Assembly (NCBI RefSeq): GCF_006345805.1
Contig: NW_021833035.1
Location: 23,479-87,478 of the forward strand
Direction of reading: 5' to 3'
DNA length: 64,000 nucleotides
Source of the DNA: Octopus sinensis
Lineage: Eukaryota
The translations under genes were made by a program, and so were the position numbers. Within the stretch, counting starts at the first letter, position 1. Each line of letters starts with the position of its first letter. Below are positions 1-11,662 of this stretch, in pieces. Under the pieces are notes generated by a model, which worked only from the letters and a program-made list of their open reading frames with translations, did not search any database and had not been told where the DNA came from.

Positions 1-1320
1 CAGTAGTATCTCATTGGTTCACAAGGTAACAGAAATACCAAAAATACACACAGATTCTTTGTGGATGACTTAAAACTACATGCCAAGAATATGCATGAGA
101 TGAAAAAGAACCTTGACCTGGTTACGACATTCCAAAACGCTGCGGAGTTGGCATGTGGTCAAGATAAATGCTGTTATATAGTTGTGAAACAAGGCAAAAC
201 TGTATAACAGATAAGCAGCATTTCCATCAATGATTTGACTGTTTTCCCTATATCTGATGAGGACTGCTACAGGTACCTAGGGGTGGATGAAAACATATCT
301 TACGGTGGCACCTGTGACAAGACACGTAATCACTAAAGAATATTACAGCCGAATAAAGAAAATATTGATCTCGGAATTCTCTGCAATCAATAAAACAATG
401 GCCCACGGTGTGTTTGCAGTGCTAACACTCATACCAACATTTGGGTCGCTTGACTGGTTGTCTGAGGGATCCGAGCCATTGATGTAAAAACTCGGAACAT
501 ACTAGTCAGCACAAATAAATTTCACATCAACAGGGATGTAGACCGCCTCGACCTAAAAGGAAAACAAAGCGGGAGAGGCTTAACATCGATCCAGGCTGCC
601 TTTGGAAGGATAAGCCTGAAGTCAAAGAAATAAGAACTCACAGTATGGTTGCAGACACAGCCACTCATAATAAAAAATAGTACTGGTGGAATGTCTCAGT
701 GAAAAAAAAGCTCTATAAAGTGTAAACATAGTAGAGATGACATAGTGATTTGGGATAGAGAAGAAAAACTGTGTACAGTTATGGAAATCAGCTGCCCAGC
801 AGGTGTTAACATAAAGCTAAAGATCAGCAAGAAAGAAAATACCTACGCTGAACTATTGAGAAATCTACAGTTTCTCTACCTAGATGACATGTTCAGGTTA
901 ATAACTGTAATTATAGGAGCACTGCGATATGTAACATACTGCCTAAATACCATTGCTGAGAAATTACACTTCTCAAAAGCAGAAAGGAGAAAGCTAATTT
1001 GAAGACTACAGATCCAAGCCATCACTAGATCTGTAAAACTCCCCAGAGGTTTATCATTTAAGTATAGATGCGCATGTCTAGACGTGTAAGTGTATGCATG
1101 AGAATACATACACAAAAGAAAACTTACAAATCTACACATGCACTGACTCCTAATCCTGCACATATACACGCATACATACATATATACACACATAAATACG
1201 TGCAAAAATAACCTGTTGGCGCTGTTTAAATTCCAATGAAGGAGTCTTGGATCTAGGGTAGAAGACGGTTCTTTCTCTATAGGCAAGAAATCTTGAAGCA
1301 AGACTGAATAATGACATAAA
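1..1320 (+). mobile_element. Decayed R4/Dong-type (REL) non-LTR retrotransposon: RT C-terminus, REL endonuclease and 3'UTR
   Basis: Broken frames give FVDDLKL (RT), YRYLGVDE, EYYSRIKKILISEFSAINK, DRLDLKGKQSGRGL, then DIVIWDREEKLCTVMEISCP...VIIGAL (REL). Stops, frameshifts and an internal deletion are present. Confidence 0.85.
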
Positions 1321-1487
1321 CACATAATAGCTGCTTTCTCATATACGAGCAAAACCATTGCTAGAAAGAATCAGTGAAATAAATCATACATATACACACA
1401 TACATACATACATACATACATGCATAGATGCATACGTACGTACGTACATACATATATACATACACACACACATGCATACATAAGAAG

Positions 1488-2098
1488 TGCGAGGTGCAAT
1501 CCAAGTCTGGTGTCTTAAAAGAAGCTTGGATGTGTTGGTGCAGTTGTCGACCCTCTGGATAAAGGTGTTTGGCGCTGCCGATCTCTGGACAGTAGGGCAA
1601 AGGCTCGGATCTGCAGGCCTCTGATCTTCTCTGTCACATTCAATAGTTTCGAGACTTAGACACTTTCTGCAGCTCTTATGGACCACCTGAACTCTTTTGG
1701 TACAAGGGTTAGGGTTAGGGTTAGGACGCATCGCTGGATTATGGGTTACCATTGGTTGCATCCAGTCAACGATTCTACTCAGAGAATGGGGTGCATCTTG
1801 TTACTTGTATGATTCGGGAGTGTCAGCTGAGGGCATTTGGTCATGTTGCTGGACTTCCAGAGTTTGATCTTGTGTGTCATGTTCTCTTCTCTGTAGATCC
1901 AGATGGAGTGACGGTTCGTGTTGGTTGTACACATGCCTCATGGTCACGGCTAGTGATCAAGTATTTCCAGCTGATGGGAACTGACTGGGATACTGCTCAG
2001 AGGAATACCCTAATACTCGAGACGATTCGGGCAAATACAGAAAATGGTGAACGCAGTGATGCACTGTAACGGCGCCTGTCCCCATACCTGACCTGACT
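1488..2098 (+). mobile_element. RTE-clade LINE 3' fragment
   Basis: LDKGVWRCRSL..RAKARICRPLI...ET*TL...SFGT and MIRECQLRAFGHVAGLPE...HASWSRLV match RTE post-RT motifs. It ends in a short CCTGA-type repeat. Confidence 0.75.
1705..1725 (+). repeat. Interstitial telomere-type (TTAGGG)n, about 3.5 units
   Basis: agggttagggttagggttagg read directly. Confidence 0.8.
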
Positions 2099-2609
2099 TA
2101 GGATAAGGAGATTAATAATGAAGATAATCAAGAAATAGCCTTATAAACAATCACCATAAATCATGAAACCTTTAACATGCTCCAGAATAAAGGACAAATC
2201 AGAACAACGAGGCTCCGAGATATAAAGAATTCTTGGACAAGCCTATCAAACATATATCCCAATGATAGGCTGCCTAAAGGATATCTCCATAATCAAGCTT
2301 CCACGCAGTTTCCATAAGCCAAATTCACTCAGAAGGATTTTATATTCAGTTGCATCTTGGAGTTCCAAGGGCTTCACTGTCTCTCTTGTTTATTTGGTAT
2401 CTCGAATCAATCGCCTCTTCTTGGACAGCAAATGCACAGCTTCGAATGTATGTATGTGTGTATGTATGTATGTGTGTATGTATGTATGTATGTATGTATG
2501 TATGTATGTATGTATGTATGTATGTATGTATGTATGTATGTATGTATGCATGTATGTATGCATGCATGTATGCGTGTATATATATAAATTATAATTAAGC
2601 ATATCTAAA

Positions 2610-2803
2610 AGATAACAGTCAAAACTTGATTCTAAAACCACATCAAATATTCCTACAGCACCATGGAAAAAAGACAAAGGGACAAATAAACTAGCAAAAT
2701 ATTACTGGATATTAATATTTTGCCAGTTTATTTGTCTGTCTTTTCTCCAAAATGCTGTATGAATACTTGATGTGGTTTTAGAATCAAGTTTTCACTGCTA
2801 TCT
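2610..2803. repeat. Imperfect palindrome, arms about 95 bp, loop about 8 nt
   Basis: aaaacttgattctaaaaccacatcaa...gacaaataaactagcaaaatatta pairs with taatattttgccagtttatttgtc...ttgatgtggttttagaatcaagtttt. Confidence 0.9.
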
Positions 2804-3059
2804 CTAACATGGTGGTATCTTTATCATAATTTCAATAGTAATTATTACCTATACGGTTTTTATTCCCATGCCAGCCACTTGATATGATCGGTATTTTAAA
2901 TAAGGATCTTATTCTTATTTATATAAATATATATATATATATGTGGGGGGGGGGCTAAGATCAAAGTCTAATATCTACTCTTAACAATTTAATATATATA
3001 GGGCAACGGACTCGCTGTTTCGATGCCCAGATTTGAATATTGTGAATGCTTATTGAGCG

Positions 3060-3340
3060 AAAACACCTAAAGCCCCACGACGTTCCTTCAGGGGTGGTGG
3101 CGAATCCTGATGTACTCTTTCACCACAACTTTCTCTCACTTTTTGCTCCTGTTTCTATTGTACCTGTATTTCAAAAGACCAGCCATGTCACACTCTGTGT
3201 CACGCTGAATCTCCCAGAGAACTACGCTAAGGGCACACGTGTCTTTGGAGTGCTCAGCCACTTGCACATGAATTTCACGAACAGGCTGTTACGTTGATCG
3301 AATCAACAGGAACCCTCGTCGTCGTAACCGACGGAGTGCG
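3060..3340. mobile_element. SINE-like interspersed repeat
   Basis: Locally GC-richer non-coding island that resembles a common octopod repeat; recognised from memory only. Confidence 0.4.
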
Positions 3341-3703
3341 ACGAGTAGATAATAAATAGATACAAGCTCATACAAGCAACACTGAGAAATAAATATGAAT
3401 ACAAAAAAGGGTTTCCTAAAATACAACATGCGTTTGAAACTCAATAACGCAATCGATGGAATGTCGATTTCTAATAGTTGCGTAATCTGTATTATTCTGT
3501 TGGCTTGCAGGGAACAAAGCAACCTAATCGATATAATCCATTAGAGACGGGACCAAATCGATATAATTCATTAGAGATACAAAAGAAATATTTATATTAT
3601 TCAAATGATAAAGTCAGGTATAAATAAATAGTTCGCTTTCATATCATGATATTTGAAATAATGATATGGTATATCTATCCATCTGTCTGTCTCTCTATCT
3701 GAA

Positions 3704-3791
<88 letters not shown>

Positions 3792-4005
3792 TATAAATGT
3801 ATATATATGTATATGTGTATATATATATATATGTGTATATATATATATATATATATTTATATGTGTATATATATATTATATATGCATATGCATATGCATG
3901 TATGTATATATATATATATATTAATTTAGAGATAATAGGCCCCTAAATCTCACCAAATAAAAAGATTTTTTTATTTTTATTTTAAATACATACTGTTTAT
4001 TACTT

Positions 4006-4100
4006 GGCAACACGTGTTTCATAAGGTACATCCTCGGGTTCCTAAACCACTCCGTGTTTCCCTGGAACCCCTCTCAAAATGCCACCCAAATCATCAGGCC
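4006..4100 (-). ncRNA. Type I hammerhead ribozyme motif with long stem II, in a TA-flanked Penelope pLTR-like element
   Basis: Minus strand: GGC-CTGATGA-[stem II including GGGTTCC/GGAACCC]-GAAA-CACGTG-TT-GCC, followed by AATAAA. Confidence 0.65.
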
Positions 4101-4519
4101 CTTATATAACTTTATCAACGTTCAATACAATAAACTATATTTTAATTTTCTAAAACCCTTAAGTATGTGTAAAATAGGTATGTTCAAATTAGTTTCGCTG
4201 GACTCTACAGTACAAGCCATAATTCAGATAAAAATTCAAATAAAGATAAAAAGTTACAAAAATAAAAGTTACACGAATTACTTTCATTTTTATTCACAGT
4301 TTTTTAGATATTATTAACATAGTATTTGTAAACTTAATTTTATTTGGAACACTATATATTACTAACATAGTTGTTGTACATTTTCGGATTTTTTTATATA
4401 GATTTTTTATTCCTTACTTTATTCGTGTAAATTTTATTGCCGGAATTTTTATTCCCTAAAAAATAATATGTTTCTAGTGTTTTGTACATGTCCTAAGTTC
4501 TCATTAGAAAAGATTGAAT

Positions 4520-4791
4520 GGAACTGAAAAATTTTGACGTTGGCCAACAGAGGTAATGAGATTGGCATGACGATGATTTCCGCTAATTGGTGCCCGGATC
4601 GCTGTGACGATGACACCATATCTGATGATGATGGAGTTCTTTGACCAACAGCATGAAAGCTTCCAAACACTGCAACATCAGTGAAAGAAGTGTGTGCGCT
4701 TCAAGGAGTCCCATGTTGAAAAAAAAAGTTCATTTGGTTATATTCCATGAAATTAAACTGATCAGGCTATGAACTATTCTGCCGATCCTGG
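4520..4791 (+). mobile_element. Mariner-derived non-autonomous element, 3' part (duplicate copy 1)
   Basis: Homologous to 6500-6955. Ends in the TIR-like ctatgaactattctgccgatcctgg followed by TA. Confidence 0.65.
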
Positions 4792-4964
4792 TATCATTGG
4801 TTTCAACCATTATTTTGCTAAAACTATCGGTATTCTTGAAACCTTGTGTATGGTACATGCATACATGCATACATACACATACATACATACCTATATCCAT
4901 CCATACATACATGCATACATACACATACATACATACATACATACATACATACATACATGCACAC

Positions 4965-5127
4965 ATCCATTCCATCAATGGAACTGTAAAAATCGGTAAA
5001 ATTTTCCAGCAGTTTATCATTGAAATATATATGAGCATGTCTAGATATGCAACTATATGCCTGGGGATGCACACATACATACATACATACATACATACAC
5101 ACATACATACATACATACATACATACA

Positions 5128-5158
<31 letters not shown>

Positions 5159-5212
5159 CGAAAAACGAAAATACCCTGTTGTTGATGTTGAAATTTCAAT
5201 GAAGGAGCCTTG
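4965..5212 (+). mobile_element. R4/Dong LINE 3' end with internal (CATA)n
   Basis: ccatcaatggaactgtaaaa...tttatcatt...(CATA)n...ccctgttgttgatgttgaaatttcaatgaaggag matches the LINE 3' ends at about 1020-1250 and 30995-31245. Confidence 0.75.
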
Positions 5213-5235
5213 AATGTGTGTGCCTGTGAAGATAC

Positions 5236-5485
5236 GTGGAATAGTGGTTAGGGTGCTTGGTCACAGGATCGTTAGATAATGAGTTCGATTCCCAGACCTA
5301 GCAGCGCATTGTCTCCTTGAGCACAAGATTACATTTTACGTTATTCCAGATCATTCAACTGTAAATGAGTAACTCTGTGGCGGAACAACAACTCAGAGTG
5401 TCGTCATTCGAAAGCTAAAACAATGCAAAGCGCATTGTGACCAGCGATGTATAACAACATTCAATAGTCTGGTCGGTTCTATGAT
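5236..5485 (+). mobile_element. tRNA-derived SINE
   Basis: A-box-like TAGTGGTTAG and B-box GAGTTCGATTCCC; paralog at 7776-8020. Confidence 0.65.
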
Positions 5486-5764
5486 GTGCGCGTGCGTATG
5501 TGTGTGTGAGAGTCTATCATTTAATCTTCTTCCGCCAAGCTAAGGAGATTGTACGTCAATACGTCAATACCTTTAATATAAATATAAATAAATTAGTAAA
5601 TTATATCTGGGTCATCTGATATTCATTAATCGATACGAAGTTCTTATAATGATTATACTTCGTTAAGAAGATAGATTTAAACTAGTAACATCTAACTGAC
5701 AGTCATTTCTACTTAGAAGACAGACAAGATGTTGCAGAGGAATTCTCTTCAAGTTATTTTACTC

Positions 5765-5876
5765 TTACTCTTTACTCTTTTACTTGTTTCAGTCATTTGA
5801 CTGCGACCATGCTGGAGCAACGCCTTTAGTCGAGGAAATCGACCCCCAGGACTTATTCTTTGTAAGCCTAGTACTA
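5765..5876 (-). mobile_element. SINE 3' fragment
   Basis: tactcttttacttgtttcagtcatttgactgcg...tcgacccccaggacttattc; absent from the paralogous site near 8290. Confidence 0.55.
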
Positions 5877-5924
5877 TTTTGTATATAAACTTTTTTTGTT
5901 TTTTTGTATAATTAATTTCTTTTT

Positions 5925-6127
5925 CCTAAAGGCACAAGGCCTGAAATTGGCCAAGGGGGCTAGTCGATCACATCTACACCTGTGTTTGACTGCTACTTAA
6001 TTTATCAACGCCGAGAGGATGGAAGGCAAAGTCGACCACGGCGATATTTGAACTGAGAAAGTAGCAATGGGTGAAATACCGCTAAGCGTTTTGACCGGCG
6101 TACTCACGGTCCTTCCAACTCGCCGAC
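5925..6127 (-). mobile_element. tRNA-derived SINE
   Basis: Minus strand starts gtcggcgagttgg with B-box-like GTTCAAAT. The core gaaaggcaaagtcgacc is shared with the copies at 8325-8708, 29465-29652 and 58290-58415. Confidence 0.7.
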
Positions 6128-6192
6128 TTTTTTGTTACATCTTTATATATAAAACACCGTTTGCACATACGAGCGTTTGTGCGTGTATTTCG

Positions 6193-6225
<33 letters not shown>

Positions 6226-6499
6226 CTTCCATGGTGTATTTACGTATTTCATTTAGAACTTTTTTTCCCGTTTGTTTGCTTGCAATTATATTTCCAGCAA
6301 ATTTTCTAACGGAAGTCTGCAGTTTTACTTGTATCAAGGCACCAGTTATTCTACCCATTGAAAACCCTTCTCTGCCGCTCAGTCGGTCTATTTTTATACC
6401 CATCCTTGCCCCTCATTCATCCCTATTCCATTTATTGTTACACACATACACTCTACACACACACAGACTCTTTCACACACACACATGCACACACACGCA

Positions 6500-6955
6500 C
6501 ATGGACGATAATATTTTCAAAGAGTAGGGGTTGCGTTCCGGCCTCATAAACTGAATTTAGAATGGGAAAGGAGAGTCTAGAAGAGACCCCAAAACCTGGA
6601 CGACCTGCAGCTTCGACGCCGGAGGAAAATATTGGTCGTGTTTTGCTGATGGGTGACAGGCGAATGTCTTTAAATCAAATATCCAATGCTGTTAGCATAT
6701 ACCGTGTGAGAGTTGCGAATATTCTACACAATGAGATTGGCATGGCGATGGTTTCCGCTCATTGCTGCCTGTATCGCTGTGACGATGACACCATATCTGG
6801 TGCTGATGGAGTTCTTTGAACAACACAGCATAAAAGCAACACCAGTGAAAGAAGTGTGGGGGCTTCAAGGGGTTCCATGTTGGGAAATAAAATTCATTTG
6901 GTTATATTCCATGAAAATAAACTTATCAGCCTATGAACTTTTCAGCCGATCCTGG
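6500..6955 (+). mobile_element. Mariner-derived internally deleted element (copy 2)
   Basis: GKESLEETPKPGRPAASTPEENI...DRRMSLNQISNAVSI...ILHNEIGM..VSA (mariner N-terminal HTH region). 3' TIR-like ttttcagccgatcctgg followed by TA. Confidence 0.75.
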
Positions 6956-7374
6956 TATCATTGGTTTCTACAATTATTTTGCTATAAAACTATCGGTATT
7001 CTTGACAGCTTGTGTATGGTATATACATACATACATACATACATACATACATACATACATACATACATACATACATGCATATGCATACATACAAACATAC
7101 ATACACCATACATACATACATACATACATACATACATACATACATACATACATACATACATACATACAGATATGAATACATACATACAGATATATATACA
7201 TACATAAATACATACAAACATACATATGCATACATACATATGCATACATACATACATACATACATACATACACACACCTTACATACTTACATACATATAT
7301 ACATACATACCTAAATGCATACATAAACACACCTTACATGCATACAAATCTGCATATATACATACATGCACGTA

Positions 7375-7658
<284 letters not shown>

Positions 7659-7775
7659 ATCTGTAAGTGTGTGTGTGTGTGTTTGTGTGTGTGCGTGTGT
7701 GTGTGCGTGTGTGTGTGTTTGTGTGTGTGCGTGTGTGTGTGTTTGTGTGTGTGCGTGTGTGTGTGTGAAGGTACG

Positions 7776-8020
7776 TGGAGTAGTGGTTAGCGTGCTTGTT
7801 CACAGGATCGTTAGATAATGAGTTCAATTCCCAGACCTAGCAGCGCATTGTCTCCTTGAGCACAACATTTTAGGTTATTCTAGTTCATTCAACTGTAAAT
7901 GAGTAACTCTGTGGCGGAACAACCACTCAGAGTGTCGTCATTCGAAAGCAGAAAACAATGGAATGTTCATTGTGACCAGCGATGTATAACAAAATTCAAT
8001 AGTCTGGTCGATTCTGTGAT
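7776..8020 (+). mobile_element. tRNA-derived SINE (duplicate of 5236-5485)
   Basis: Colinear similarity; A- and B-box-like motifs. Confidence 0.65.
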
Positions 8021-8324
8021 GTGCGCCCGTGCGTATGTGTGTGTGAGAGTATCATTTAATCTTCTTCCGCCAAGCTAAGTGGATTATACATCAATACGTC
8101 AATACCTTTTAATATAAATATAAATAAATTAGTAAATTATATCTGGGTCATCTGATAATGATTAATCGATACGAAGTTCATATAATGATTATACTTCGTT
8201 AAGAAGATAGATTTATACTAGTAACATCTCCAAATTGACAGTCATTTCTACTTAGAAAACAGACAAGATGTTGCAGTGGAATTATTTTGAATATAAACTT
8301 TTTTTGTTTAATTACACATTTCTA

Positions 8325-8708
8325 CTAATGGCACAAGGCCTGAAATTGGCTAAGGGGACTAGTCGATCACATCTACACCTGTGTTTGACTGGTTCTTAAT
8401 TTATCAACGCCGAGAGGATGGAAGACAAAGTCGACCTCGGATACATTTGATCTCAGAAAGTAGCAATGGGTGAAATACCTATTTCTTTACTACCCACAAG
8501 GGACTAACACAGAGGAGACAAACAATACAGACAGACGTATCAAGTCGATTATTTCGACCCCAGTGCGTAACTGGTACTTAATTTTTAGTCCCCGAAAGGA
8601 TGAAAGGCAAAGTCGACCTCGGTGGAATTTGAACTCATAACGTAACGGCAGACGAAATACCGCTAAGCATTTCGTCCGTCGTGCTCACGGTTCCACCAAC
8701 TCGCCGCC
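8325..8708 (-). mobile_element. Two nested or tandem tRNA-derived SINEs
   Basis: Two copies of the gaaag(g/a)caaagtcgacctcgg...tttga(a/t)ctca core; minus-strand start GGCGGCGAGTTGG. Confidence 0.7.
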
Positions 8709-8721
8709 TTTTTTTGTTACA

Positions 8722-10785
8722 TCAATATCTATAAAGCTGAAATGCGAAAAAGTTATTTGTCTCATTTTGGGATGGGAACAGTAGATGGAGTTGGATTGGC
8801 GCCAAAATTTACTGGGACATGTAAAAAGAGGCGAGGAAACGACTGGACTAGGTTAGACACCCCTATCTCAAAAGCTGTGGTTCTTAGGGCAACAAAACCC
8901 AAAGTTTTACAAGTGTTTGTCGTTTTTCTCTTTCGGATATGACTCTGTCTTCCTCGATCTCTTTCTTTCCTTCCTTTAAACTGCCAGCATGTTGCTGTAC
9001 GCCGTTAAGAAGTTTTGAATGTCAGCCATGGTGAGTCTACTATCCTCAGGTTCTATCCCTTCAAACTTTGGTTTCCAATATCTTTTTTATTTTTATTCAG
9101 CTCGCATGTTCGTCTGTCCCTTTTAAATGTTAGTGTTTTGCTGTCCGCCTTGAAGCAGACCTTTCCGTTGTCACTGCCTGATATTTATGATGGATCTTTC
9201 AACATATTTTCTTTCTCAACTTACTCAAAATCTTTTGTTCTTTATAAATGGCAGAGAGAGAGAGAGATAGATAGAGAAAGATAGAGAGTAAGAGAAAGCG
9301 AGGGAGATTCCGAGAGAAAGGAAGAGTAAGAGAGGGGGAAAGTGAGAGAGAAAGGAGAGAGAAACAAAGAGGGAGAATGTGGCGATAAGAAACAGAAAGG
9401 AAGCAACAGAAAGTAAAAACTAAAAAACTGAAATGCGAAAAGTTTGTTTGTCTCATTTTGCGATTGGAACGGTTTAAAGGGCACTCGATGGGGTCGGATT
9501 GGCTCCAAAATTTACAGGGACATGTAAAAAGAGGCGAGGAAGTGAGTGGACTAGGTTAGAAATCCCTATCTCAAAAGCTGTGGTTATTAGGACAACAACA
9601 CCCACACTTTGACAAGTGTTTGTCGTTTCCCTTTCACATATCACCCTGTCTTCCTCCGTCTCTCTCTTTCCTTCCTTTCTTCCACATTCTCTCTATAATG
9701 ACGTTTGACAGCTTCGCCATCTCTCTGTCAATCTGTCTCCCACCACCTCTCTCATTGCACGTCTGTCTGTATAGAGAGAAAGTATTGACAGCCTCAAAAG
9801 TTTAAATATTTCCGTCACAGGTCTTTTAGAACTGTGAATTATTACGTTGATACAAATTGGATTTTTATGTGAAGCGGGGATGGAAGGGGATTAAAATTTA
9901 CAGAAGGGGGTGTTTAGGAATTCTCTGTTACATCAAACTAAAAATTTTGCGCCAGCCTTCAAATCGTCAATGTGTTGCCATCCGTCATGAAGAAGTTTTG
10001 AATGCCTGCCATGGTGAGTCTACTGTCGTGAGAAAGAATCGCTTCAAAACTTGGTGTTTAGGGATTTTCTTTTACATCAAGTTCAAAATTTTGCGCCAGC
10101 CGTTAAACTGCCAGTACGTTGATGTACGTCGTTAAGAAGTTTTGAATGCGAAAAAGTTGTTTGATTTCTTGGTTATTTGTCTCATTTTGGGATGGGAACG
10201 GTAGATGGGGTCGGATTGGCGCCATAATTTACACTGGGGGGGGGGTTAAAATGGTGTGGGCAATGGTGTGAGGAGGGTTGTAAGTCGCTCGGGGTTACCG
10301 TTTGGGGAAAATTGAGTTTTATGGGATAGACATGTTGCGCTGTTTGAATAATGGTGGCTTTTCGTGTTGCTGCAGGGGCTAGAGGCGGTTATCTTTAATC
10401 TAATCTATAAAATGAAGAAGGCGAACGTTGATACAAATTGGATTTTTATGTAAATGGGGCTGGAAGGGGATCCAAATTTACAGGAGCGGGTAACTTGAGG
10501 TGAGAAATTGATTGGGAGATGTTTTGGGGGGCTACAGTGGTTGCTTTGCTGTGAAAACGGGGATTTTATTGATTTTTGGGAACACTTGGGGATCTAGATT
10601 GGACACCTTTTGCCCGATTTCAATCAAATTTTCAACATGGTAAAGTGGAAGCGGATTTGTAATTTAAGCGCAGAAAAAGGGTTCGAAATTTTGAAAATTA
10701 AGGTAAGATTTAAGAAACAGAAAGGAAGTTACAGACAGTAACAACCACACCCTCACCCGCTCTACGCGCGGGTCACCTTAAGCTA

Positions 10786-10786
<1 letters not shown>
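8722..10786 (+). mobile_element. Non-autonomous Helitron
   Basis: 5' TC follows an A. The 3' end has a hairpin (ACCCGC-7nt-GCGGGT, 10755-10773) then CTAG|T. Insertion is at A|T with no TSD; a paralogous empty site lies at about 6139. Confidence 0.8.
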
Positions 10787-10824
<38 letters not shown>

Positions 10825-11205
10825 AGCGTTTACATGTATGTGTGTTTGTGCGTGTGGTTCGTTGTGAGTGTGCGTGTGTATGTGTGAGTGGGGGGGGGTA
10901 AACTTCCATTGTGCATTTACGTATTTCATTTAGAAGTTTTTCTGTTTTGTTTGCTTGCAATTATATTTCCCACAAATTTTGTGACGGAAGTCTGCAGTTT
11001 TACTTGTATCAAAGTACTAGTTATTCTACCCTTTTAAAACTCTTCTCTGCCGCTCAGTCGGTCTATTTTTATACCTACCCTCATTTTATACATACCCTCA
11101 TTCATCCCTATTCTATTTATTGTTACACACATATACACTACACACACACATAAACTCACACAAGTACACACAAACACACTCTGTTTCACATACACTCACA
11201 CCCAC

Positions 11206-11662
11206 ATGGACAATGATATTCTCAAAGAGTAGGGGTTGCGTTCCAGCCTCATCAACGGTGCAAAAGTACGCAACTGAATTTAGGATAGGAAAGGAGAGGC
11301 TTGAAGAGACCCAAAAACCTGGACGACCTGCAGCTTCGAAGCCGGAGGAAAATATTGGTTGTATTCTGCTGATGGGTGACAGGCGATTGTCTTTAAATCA
11401 AATATCCAATGCTGTTAGCATATCCTGTGTGAGAGTTGAGAATATTCCACACTATTAGATTGGCATGGCGATGGTTTCCGCTCATTTGTGCCCGTATCGC
11501 TGCGACGATGACACCATATCTAGTGCTGATGGAGTTTTTTCACCAACAGCATGAAAGCTACCAAACACTGCAACATCAATGAAAGAAGTGTCTAGGCTTC
11601 ACGGGGTCCCATGTTGGAAAATAAAACTCATTTTGTTATACTCATCAAAATTAAACTTTTCA
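11206..11662 (+). mobile_element. Mariner-derived element (copy 3)
   Basis: STVQKYATEFRIGKERLEETQKPGRPAAS...DRRLSLNQISNAVSIS; paralog of 6500-6955. Confidence 0.75.

Noticed and set aside
4615-4640. CTGATGA heptamers (also at about 254) as hammerhead cores
   Set aside because: No matching stem II/GAAA/stem III/stem I; they lie inside mariner or LINE sequence
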